Origin: Malacoraja senta
Lineage: Eukaryota
Reading direction: 5' to 3'
Assembly: GCA_038087875.1 (NCBI GenBank)
Contig: CM075989.1
Location: 11,346,001 to 11,410,000 of the forward strand
Length of the DNA stretch: 64,000 bases
How positions within the stretch are numbered: the stretch's first letter is position 1; every line of letters starts with the position of its first letter. The notes below the pieces were generated by a model. That model saw only the letters and a program-made list of their open reading frames with translations, was not told the origin of the DNA and did not search any database. The translations under genes were made by a program, and so were the position numbers. Positions 38,595 to 48,260 of the stretch are shown here, in pieces.

Positions 38595-39000
38595 TTAGTT
38601 TATTGTCCCATGAACCGAGGTACAGTGAAAAGCGTTTTTGTTTTGTTTTGTAGAAAGACTATACATGATTATAATCAAGCCGTCCAGTGTACAGACACAT
38701 GAAAAAGGGAATAACATTTAGTGCAAGATAAAGTCCAGTAAAGATAGTCTGAGGGTCTCCAATGAGGTACATGGGAGGTCAGGAGCACTCTCAATGTGGA
38801 TGGTTCAGTTGCCTGTTGGTAGCTGGGAAGAAACTGTCCCTGAATGTGGAGGTGTACGTTTTCACATTTCTGTATCTGTTGCTTGACAGGAGAGGGGAGA
38901 AGAGGGAGTGAAAGGAGTGAGACACGTCCTTGATTGTGCTGGGGGCCTTGCCCAGGCAAGGCAGCGTGGTGTAGATGGAGTCAATGGAAGAGAGGTTAAA
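38595..39000 (-). mobile_element. Rex1/Babar-derived 3' fragment (related copies at about 9420-9820 and 10380-10660)
   Basis: CLGKA.S.IKD.SH...RYR motif and a shared ACAATAAACTAAAC tail. Confidence 0.7.
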
Positions 39001-39861
39001 GCTACTCTTGTATCTGCTACCACCACCACGCCTGGCAGTGTGCCCATGCACCCACCAATCACTCACTGTGTAAAAAAAAAACACCCTGCGCATGTCCTTT
39101 AAACTCATCCTAAAGCTATGCCCTCTGGTCTTTGATAATTCCACCCTGGGAAAAAGCTCTAACAGTCTACCCTATCTTTACCTCTCATGATTTTATATAC
39201 TTCTATCAGGTCTCCCCTTAACCTCTGACGCTCTTGAGAAAACAATCCAAGTTTGTCCAACCTGTCCTTAGAAATTTCCCTACATTAGAGGGGCAGATGG
39301 CCCCAGTCTGGGGACAGCGCGGAGACACACGTTATCATGAAATATACCCTCTAATCCAGAAACTCTCCATGCCTCCTAAACTCCAAACCTGGAGATATTG
39401 TTGTCAATAGATCAATGACAATCACGCAGGAGAGATAAGCTTTGCATTTCTGTAGCAATAAATGAATCAGCATCTCAGCACTGCTTGTGGGATATCTCAG
39501 AGCAGAAAATGCCTGTTACCTTTTATGCAGCAAAACGGGCCATTTGGCCCATCAACTCTGTGCAATCCCTCGATGCCATTCCCACACTTATTTCCCTGAC
39601 ACCATTCCCTCTCGCAGAATCACACCTCGATTCGCTGATCACTTACACAGGTCACGAGGCTGGCTGTATAGTGGCATTATGTGGGCTTTCTTAAATATGA
39701 TCAAATGCTGTCTAAGTTTTGGATGATATCTCCTCTAATCAGAAATACATTTCTCCTGAGGAGAGTGGCTGTTTCAATTACCGTCACTCACATCCCCCTC
39801 ATCCATATGTCTATATTTCCTTATCACATACAAAAGGGAAGAAGCTTGTTCTGTAACTTAC

Positions 39862-39886
39862 CAGTTGAGAAGCTGGTTCAGATTCC
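39862..39886 (-). CDS. STRC: Stereocilin exon 3, 25-nt microexon GNLNQLLNW
   Basis: CACAG| and |GTAAGT boundaries. Resembles human GNLQQLLLW. Needed to bridge phase 1 to phase 2. Confidence 0.9.
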
Positions 39887-40589
39887 CTGTGAAGATATGA
39901 AATAAGAATTAACAAAATTATATATATGACTGCTAAATCAACACACTCACAACGAGACTTCAACAACGGGAATGCTAGCAGGTTTGGGAAGGGAACGGGG
40001 GGAGTTGCCCAAACAGACTACAGGGAGGTGATTGACGATGGGAGGGACAATCGATGGGTAATGTTACGCTGGGTCCTGTTGGTGGAACAGATCAGAGCTC
40101 AGACCCCCAAAGATTTTGAGTTCAATTCTCCCGCAGGACTCGACTCCACAGCCTTCGGACTCAGAGATAAATTTCACCCACTGAGCCACACCTGAACCCT
40201 GTTGGGATCACACACTTGCAGGCCACCTTGATTTATTTAACAGAAGTTGGGATTAGGACTGATGATTCATCCTCTCTTGCGTGTTCCATCTATTTGCAAT
40301 GACCAGTTTGTCCAGAAATTGACACCTATTATGACAACTAGGTAACAATGATGAATGACTGGACAACTTAGATGGTCATGGAGAAAATTCCATGGTGTAA
40401 CTTAATCCCACCCTCAATAGAGTTTCCCTGAATGGACCACTGTCACTCTGCTCTGTCCTGCAGCCCGACAACCCACCAGTTTACAATCATATTGCAAAAC
40501 CTGGGAGTCTACAAGCTGTAGACCTGGACTATACAGCCCTAGGAAGGAAAAAATCCAGGCAAACAGCAAAGAGACAACAATATTTACTA

Positions 40590-41305
40590 GGTACAGAAAA
40601 ATGCTGGAGAAACTCAGCGGGTGCAGCAGCATCTATGGAGCGAAGGAAACAGGCAACGTTTCGGGCCGAAACCCTTCTTCAGACTGATAGGGGGTGGGGA
40701 GAAGAAAGGAAAAAAGGCGGAGGAGGAGCCCGAGGGCTGGGGGAGGGGAGGAGACAACCAGAGGGCTGATGAAGGGGAGGGGACAACAAGGGCTAGCAGA
40801 ATTGGGAGAATTCAATGTTCAAGCCCCCAGGATGTAGACTGCCCAAGTTGGTTATTGCGGACCGACCGGAGGTGTTCGGCGAAACCTGACCTCCCGGTGG
40901 CTCAGCACTTCAACTCCCCCTCACATTCCGTATCTGACCTCTCTGTCCTGGGTCTCCTCCATGGCCACAGCGAGCAACACCGGAAATTGGAGGAAATGCA
41001 CCTCATATTCCGCTTGGGCAGTCTACATCCTTGGGGCTTGAACATTGAATTCTCCCAATTCTGCTAGCCCTTGCTGTCCCCTCCCCTTCATCAGCCCTCT
41101 GGTCGTCTCCTCCCCTCCCCCAGCCCTCGGGCTCCTCCTCCGCCTTTTTTCCTTTCTTCTCCCCACCCCCTACCAGTCTGAAGAAGGGTTTCGGCCCGAA
41201 ACATTGCCTGTTTCCTTCGCTCCATAGATGCTGCTGCACCCGCTGAGTTTCTCCAGCATTTTTGTGTACCTTCGATTTTCCAGCATCTGCAGTTCCTTCT
41301 TTAAC
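40590..41305. mobile_element. Penelope-like element remnant with inverted termini (foldback)
   Basis: About 258-bp inverted arms (40590-40847 and 41012-41270). The spacer encodes a GIY-YIG-type C-terminal fragment (PDLPVAQHFNSPSH...RKLEEMHLIFRLG). 16-bp TSD ACAACAATATTTACTA at 40574 and 41306. Confidence 0.88.
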
Positions 41306-41412
41306 ACAACAATATTTACTATTTCTCAGCAGGATTTCAATCCAGGTTCTATGGACTCAAATATAATTATGGTCCAGATAGTATTAACTGGCTTAATTCT
41401 GTGGTTGAACAG

Positions 41413-41620
41413 CTGTGTGTGTGTGTCTGTGTGTGTGCCCGCACATGTGCATGTGTATGATTGTATATCAGTGTATGTCTGCATACATGTTTGTGTGTCA
41501 GCATGTGTCTGTTTTTATAGTTATGTGGATGTGTGTACACGTTTGTATGTGTGCATGTTTGTGTGATGTGGAATGTGTATGGGAGGTGAGTATACACGTG
41601 TGTGCATGCATGCATGTATC
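41413..41620. repeat. Degenerate (TG)n microsatellite
   Basis: Direct inspection. Confidence 0.9.
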
Positions 41621-41718
41621 TATCTGGCTTCTCACATGAAGGAAATCAATGCCTTTCGGGGAATGGGGGGGACAAAAAACACTGACAAGAAAGCACTGAA
41701 TGTATTGTAGCGCCTTAC

Positions 41719-42537
41719 CTTGGGGGCATTGTCCCATTCCATCCAATTTAATTATATTGCTTGCAAAGAACATTCCCTCCAAGAAAATGTCCGTTAGCTT
41801 CAATGATATTTGTTTTGCCACTTTACAAAGATAGGAGTCAAAAAATGGAAACATATTCTGACTAAAGAAATGCCAAATAGTCTTTAGCCCAAAATAAAGA
41901 ATCTGTTGCACCTTCCCAATGAAACTTAACAGCAGGTTTGGAATATTAAAGCCATCCTTCCACATTCTGGAGCGATCTTCATGAACACTGGATGAAAGAA
42001 ACACTTGGGCAAAATCACTTAATGATCTTCTATTCATAGATGAAGCAAAATAACACGCTTCCTCCTGCATGGACAGCAATAGAGCTTTCCAATTAACTCC
42101 AAATGAACTCAACAGCTCCTCAGCAAGTGCAAAGAGAGGTCTAAAGTCTTCAGTTTCCTGAAAAATGTACAGAAGTAGCTGAGGTAGCATTCGCTGCAAC
42201 CCCAACCCAATGTCTCCAAGCTGACTATTATATAGAACCTGTAACATTATGGAATACAATTCCCACTTGTTCTCTGGAATGATGTTGGACATTATCATCT
42301 GGATGACCTCTGGGAGAGCAGAATATCCCTGGCGTGTCTGCACACTGAGCTTCTGGTCCAAAATCTTCCATAGTGATTTACTGGAATCATTTAGTTCAGG
42401 AGATAACTGGGGACTCTTCACTTGTGCCTCTATCTGTGATTCTCCTGTTGTGGTCAGTGTTTTAGTGTGTTCCCGGATTGTAGTATTCACAGATCTCTTC
42501 CAGCCTCGAGAAATTTGTAGTTTCTTAGGGAAAGAGC
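41719..42537 (-). CDS. STRC: Stereocilin coding exon 2 (819 nt), GSFPKK...DGMGQCPQ
   Basis: TTTTTCCTTCAG acceptor and AAG|GTAAGG donor, phase 1-1. The end GQCPQG resembles human ...NGQCQG. Confidence 0.88.
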
Positions 42538-43945
42538 CTGAAGGAAAAATAATAACACGCTGAAAAAAACAAGAATATTTCTGGAAATCTAGATGTTGTT
42601 GTAATTTCAATCCTGATACAAAGCCAAATTTAATCAATATCCATTAGAAATCATACTCTTGCTTTGTTATAGAATATTGCCTTAAAAAATATGTGTCTTA
42701 AAAAGCTTGGAGATAGATAGATAGAGGTTTGCTCTATCTATCTATCCAGGAGAAGAGGACAGAAAATTAAAGCCAAGATGTCCAGGATTGGTATCAGATA
42801 CCTCTTCTTCACACCAACAAGACAGTAGCATTCATCCCCACCCACTTGCAACAATTTCATGGATTTTTGACATGAAAATAGAAAATGCTAGAAACATTGA
42901 GCAAATCAGGCAGCATCCTTGGAGAGAGAAACAGTGAACATTACAGGTCAATGACCGTCCATCGGAACAGATGGATATTTTGTTACCTGAGGATTTAAGG
43001 AATATGCAACCAAGTGTGAGGTTCAGGTGCAGATATACATATATGCACAAATAGAATGATGGAGTGGATATGAAAGCAGAAAAACTTATAGGAGACCCAT
43101 GATCCCTGCCACTCATATTTGGGAAACCTTTTAATCCAAATCTTTACTGACAAGGAGCCTTGTTCAAACTGTTGAGAAGGTAATGTTGCATCATTTGCTG
43201 GCTCTTTCACGCAAGTCGAAACATTGAGTTCAAACCTCGCTCCATTCACAATATTTCACTGTTGCATTGAGGGGGTATTTCAGATGAATTAATCACCAAT
43301 TTTCTAGTAACGATGGAATGCAAAATGTCCCTTTGCAATGAAAGGCAGAGAGTGCTGTTCATTGATATTGCACAACAGCGTGAATTTTCCACATAACTGT
43401 GCTGATGTTTTGGACTCCCACATGCAAGTTGAAGCATTAAATATCCACACAGTTGACTCCTAATGGTTCCCCGATTCCAACAGGGGCACAACTTTCACAA
43501 TTTTCCTGGGGAAGAATAGGTGTAAAAGAGAATCGCAAATACACTTCACCAATACATTATTATGAATGATTGTTAATTATTGTAGGTTTCCTATTTAAAC
43601 ATTAAATTTTATTTTTGAATATGACATTCTATTCATGTAATTTTTAATATTATTATTTTTTTTTAATGCCAGAGACACTAAGAAACATTGAATCTCTTTA
43701 GGAAATTAAAAAGAAACTGCAGATGCTGGAGATCTAAAATAAAATCTGAAAATGCTGGAAACATTCAGTGGATCAGGCAGCATCTGTGGAGAGAGACACG
43801 GAGTTAAGGGTTCAAGTCCGTGACCCTTTGTCAAATTGGTGCTTGTTTCTGATGAAGGGGTTTGGCCTGTGATCTTTCCAAAGATCCACAGTTTTCCCAG
43901 CTTTTCTACTCAATCACTTTTATAGTCGATTCACCAAAGGGGGTG

Positions 43946-44163
43946 TTAAAGAAGGAACTGCAGATGCTGGAAAATCGAAGGTACTCAAAAATGTTGGAGA
44001 AACTCAGCGGGTGCAGCAGCATCTATGGAGCGAAGGAGATAGGCAATGTTTCGGGCCGAAACCCTTCTTCAGTCTGAAGGGTTTCGGCCCGAAACGTTGC
44101 CTATCTCCTTCGCTCCATAGATGCTGCTGCACCCGCTGAGTTTCTCCAGCATTTTTGTGTACC
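43946..44163. mobile_element. Short Penelope-derived foldback element
   Basis: About 90-bp near-perfect inverted arms with the same terminus as the 40590 element. Flanking direct repeat TTCACCAAAGGGGGTG at 43930 and 44164. Confidence 0.85.
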
Positions 44164-44642
44164 TTCACCAAAGGGGGTGGGTTTTAAGCACGTTGAAAGA
44201 ATGTCAGGAGAGAGGCTTGTGATTAATCTGCTAGTAGCCAGTTTATCTGCAGGACTCGCTCCAGGTAAGAACCTGCAGATGCTGCTGACCTCAGGCAGCC
44301 TTTGACATGAATCAAAGAGTCATACAGCATGGATGCAGGCCACTCAGCCCACCGTGACTATGCTCATCAGTGAGCACCCATCCACATTAATCCCATCTTC
44401 CTGCACTTGTAGACTTCTTTGCCTGAGTAATTCAAGTCCAGACACCTCAAATGTTCAACTGGGACCCTAGTTTATTGCCTTTGTTTATTCCTTGGTCAAC
44501 TTCATCAAGACAGGTTATTTAGTTAATCTAGTTATTACTTAGGATCTGGCTGACCCCTACAGCACACCTTAAGACAATATAATCGCCCTTGACTGACCCG
44601 ACATGAAAGCTTCTAAAGAAATGCAATTTCCTTGTTTTTTAC

Positions 44643-44700
44643 CTGGTATCGAACACCACAAGAGGATCATCAGAACAATTGTCTTCATCGTTTTGTTCAT
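44643..44700 (-). CDS. STRC: Stereocilin coding exon 1, signal peptide MNKTMKTIVLMILLWCSIP
   Basis: Basic N-terminus plus hydrophobic core. CAG|GTAAAA donor in phase 1 joins in frame to the exon at 42537. The second Met (44688) has the better Kozak context. Confidence 0.75.
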
Positions 44701-44829
44701 CGATGCCACTATTCCCTGACCAGTGAGCTGGTCTTGTTGCTCCTGTCACAGAAAATGGGGCGAGGCTGTAGTTCATGGGCTGGAGACAGGAAATAATTAG
44801 TTATATTTTTCCAATTTTATTTTATTTTA

Positions 44830-45136
44830 TTTTAGTTTAGTTTAGAGATATACCACGGAAACAGGTCATTCTGCCTACTGGGTCCGTGCCAACCAGCGAT
44901 CTCCGTATACTAACACTTTCCTACACACTCTAGGGACAATTTACAAGTATACCAAGCCAATTAGCCTACAAACCTGAACGTCTTTGGAGTGTGGGAGGAA
45001 ACTGGGGCTCCCGGAGTAAACCCACACAGGTCAAGGGGAGAACGTACAAACTCCGCACAGCACAGATAGTCAAGATCGAACCCGGGTCTCTGGCGCTGAA
45101 AGGCAGCAACACTACTGCTGCGCCACCGTGCAGCCC
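44830..45136 (-). mobile_element. tRNA-derived HE1/V-SINE-like element
   Basis: Close similarity to the 6993-7296 copy. GGGTTCGATC B box. Confidence 0.8.
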
Positions 45137-45898
45137 GACAATTGTATTAGTTACAATTGTAAAACACATATAAAAATTTAGTCAGCACATGGATAATATT
45201 ATTCCAACTCTCTACCGCAGAAAAAGACATAAACGCGCATAACTCAATGCAGCTTTAATACACACAATCAATTGACCACATTTTTTAATCTCTTGTTTGT
45301 GCAGAGAACTGGACTCGGTATCCAGTTAGGTCTGTAATCCAGTTCTATGAAGGGCTCAGCATAACTTACTGGCTTTTAGAGCCTCTCCTTATGAAAAGTT
45401 CAGGACCCACGAGCTGCGTGACTGGCGGTGGCAGCAGTTAATGCACCGGTCTCACCGATGCAGTGACTCAGGTTCAGTCCTACCCTTTCTGCCAAATATC
45501 CGCTATAGGATCTTTGCTTTCTGCTGCCTGTATGGAGTTAATGCAGAGAACCATGGAGGTCTCTCTGTCCTGACAGACTTCATGAAACCCCTTCTCATTC
45601 TCATTAGCTCAGTTACATCAACTATGAATCGCAGCTCAGCGGTTTCCCAGCTATGGTTTTGCATTCAAGCCGATAGAATTCCGGTGAATCAGTGCCGAGG
45701 GCTCCACATTATCGGGAGCTCTGCACTTCAGTCAAACAAATAAACCTCTAAGCTTTATGTGGGTAAAATTCATGGGAAAATATAAGGTGTATTTTACGGA
45801 AATGCATTTTCCTCCCATTTCCAGGAACATAAAATAATAAATATTGTTAAGATTTTTTTACACTTAAGTTTAGTTAGCTTAAAATTAATGTGACTCAC

Positions 45899-46180
45899 CC
45901 GCAATATACCGCTTCTGAGACATGTAGAGCGGAAGTGGCAACTGCTCCGAGAAGGAAGACTATGTTTAACCTTGTGCCCCGCTTGCTCCCGATCTGTCTG
46001 GAAGTGTGCAGTTTCCCTTCTTCCACCACCCAGTCCCGTTCAACTCCTCAAATCCTCTTCCTTGTCTGATAATTCTTTCCATCACCATGTAACTCCAAAT
46101 TGTGGATCAAGTCCGACGGCAGGAAGAACAAACACATCCTTTTTAACTCGGACGTAGAGTGGACATTAGTGAAAATAAGC
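45899..46180 (-). other. STRC: Probable non-coding first exon of STRC (5' end uncertain)
   Basis: Consensus donor CGG|GTGAGT at 45899/45898 in repeat-free sequence. The next exon has an acceptor (TTTTCTGTGACAG|, exon start 44742) upstream of the start codon, so an upstream exon is expected. Confidence 0.5.
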
Positions 46181-46207
46181 AACGATCAATGACTGGACAT
46201 GAAGTAA

Positions 46208-46214
46208 TTTTATA
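46208..46214 (-). promoter_or_regulatory. Candidate TATA box (TATAAAA) for STRC
   Basis: TATAAAA on the minus strand about 310 nt upstream of the GTGAGT donor at 45898. Several TAAT/TAATTA motifs lie just upstream. Position-based inference only. Confidence 0.3.
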
Positions 46215-46893
46215 CAGAGCCGTAATTCTAACCTCAGCTAATTAAACCCAGAGGTGAGCTGTAAAGATGGTCTGAATGAGTAGAGCCCGTTACAAAACGC
46301 AACATGTGAATAATACATAGACTTGCCGCTCACCTTCTCAATAGCCTCTTTTCCAGGTATAATGGGAAGGATCTCATATCAAACTGTAACCTAGTCAGTT
46401 TGCAGGATGATTAAAACACAAAAGGAGCCAAATGTCTGGTTCGTGCCAAATATGTGCCCCTTTATGTTAGATGTAGTTCAGTCTAAATGGGAAGTACTGC
46501 GAAGCGTGAAATAATTAGCTTGTGGCATTTTGAAGGATGATTAAGATACAATATCCCAACACGCACTGTCTTACGCTATTCTTCTTAATTATCTCATCTT
46601 CTAGTTGTAATTATTTAAATGTCACTCATTGTGTGTGAATGAGCACATATCAGCATGAATGACTGCAATTCTATCATCATCGTGACCAACTGGCCTTCCT
46701 AAGGGTAAACTGGAAGAGGTAAGTGTAAACAAAGCTGGGTGTGGGAAGGATTTGTCAGGGAAGAGAAGAATTTGACAATATGTTTTTGAAATAGACAAAA
46801 GATAGGAAATTTCAGTGACTATACAGATGTACTGCAAGCTTTCTTGGTTTCCTTATTATGAGAATAACATGAATCAGCGTGCACAACTACTTA

Positions 46894-48260
46894 CAGTGCC
46901 CTCCATAATGTTCGGGACAGACCCATTATTTATTTATTTGCCTCTGTACTCCACAATTTTAGATTTGTAATAGAAAAAAAAAATCACATGTGGTTAAAAT
47001 GCACATTGTCAGATTTTAATAAAGGCCATTTTTATACATTTTGGTTTCACCATGTAGAAATTACAGCAGTGTTTATACATTGTCCCCCCATTTCAGGGCA
47101 TCATAATGTTCGGGGCACAGCAATGTCATGTAAATGAGAGTAGCCATGTTTAATATTTTGTTGCATATCCTTTGCATGCAATGACTGCCTGAAGTCTGCG
47201 ATTCATGGACATCACCAGTTGCTGGGTGTCTTTTCTGGTGATGCTCTGCCAGGCCTCGATTACAGCCATCTTTACCTTATGCTTGTTTTGGGGGCTAGAC
47301 TCCTTCAGTGTTCCCTTCAGCATATAAAAAGCATGATCAATTGGGTTCAGATCGGGTGATTGACTTGGCCACTCAAGAATTGACCATTTTTTAGCTTTGA
47401 AAAACTCCTTTGTTGCTTTAGCAGTATGTTTGGGATCATTGTCTTGCTGTAGAATGAACCGCCGGCTAATGTGATTTGAGGTAATTGTTTGAACTTGAGC
47501 AGATAGGATGTGTCTATACACTTCAGAATTCATTATGCTACTACCATCAGCAGTTGTATCATCAATGAACATAAGTGAGCCAGTTCCTTCCGCAGCCATA
47601 CATGCCCAAGCCATAACACGCCCACCACCGTGTTTCACAGATGAGGTGGTATGCTTTGGATCATGGGCAGTTCCTTCTCTCCTCCATACTTTTCTCTTGC
47701 CATCACTCTGATATGTTAATCTTCGTCTCATCTGTCCAAAAGACCTTTTTCCAGAACTGCGGTTGCTCTTTTAAGTACTTCTTGGCAAATGGTAACCTGG
47801 CAATCCTATTTTTGCAGCTAACCAGTGGTTTGAATCTTGCAGTGCAGCCTCTGTATTTCTGTTCATGAAGTTTCTGCAGACAGTGCTCATTGACAAATCC
47901 ACACCTGACTCCCGAAGAGTGTTTCTGATCTGTCAGACAGGTGTTTGAGGATTTTTCTTTATTATAAAGAGAATTCTTGTCATCAGCTGTGGAGGTCTTC
48001 CTTGGCCTCTTTGCGATTAGTAAGCTCACCAGTGCTCTTTCTTCTTAATGATGTTCAAAACAGTTGATTTTGGTAAGCCCAAGGTTTGGCTGATGTCTCG
48101 AAGTTTTATTAATGTTCTCATAATGGCTTATTTGACTTTCATTGGCATAACTTTGGTCCTCATGTTGATAAACAGCAATAAAAGTTTCCAAATGTGATGG
48201 AAAGACTGGAGGAAAGACTTGGTGCTGAGAGCTCTCTTATACCTGCATTAAGGAGGCAAT
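46894..48260 (-). mobile_element. Tc1/mariner DNA transposon, defective and one-ended
   Basis: TA|CAGTGCCCTCCATAATG terminus at 46894 with an inner repeat near 47094 (IR/DR style). Transposase motifs WTDETK, KHGGG, QQDNDPKH and WPSQSPDLNPI. The other TIR was not found. Confidence 0.92.
47150..48163 (-). pseudogene. Tc1-type DDE transposase pseudogene
   Basis: In-frame TAA after MRTKVMPMKVK. Frameshifts split ORFs 47703..48029 and 47150..47731. The catalytic SPDLNPIE motif reads SPDLNPID. Confidence 0.9.

Noticed and set aside
42995-43505. Possible extra STRC exon in intron 1 (ORFs 43246..43491 and 42995..43249)
   Set aside because: The acceptor at 43505 hits a stop almost at once in the required phase. 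Exon 1 joins exon 2 in frame without it.
47150-47731. Active or domesticated transposase
   Set aside because: Premature stop, frameshifts, a catalytic E-to-D change and a missing TIR.
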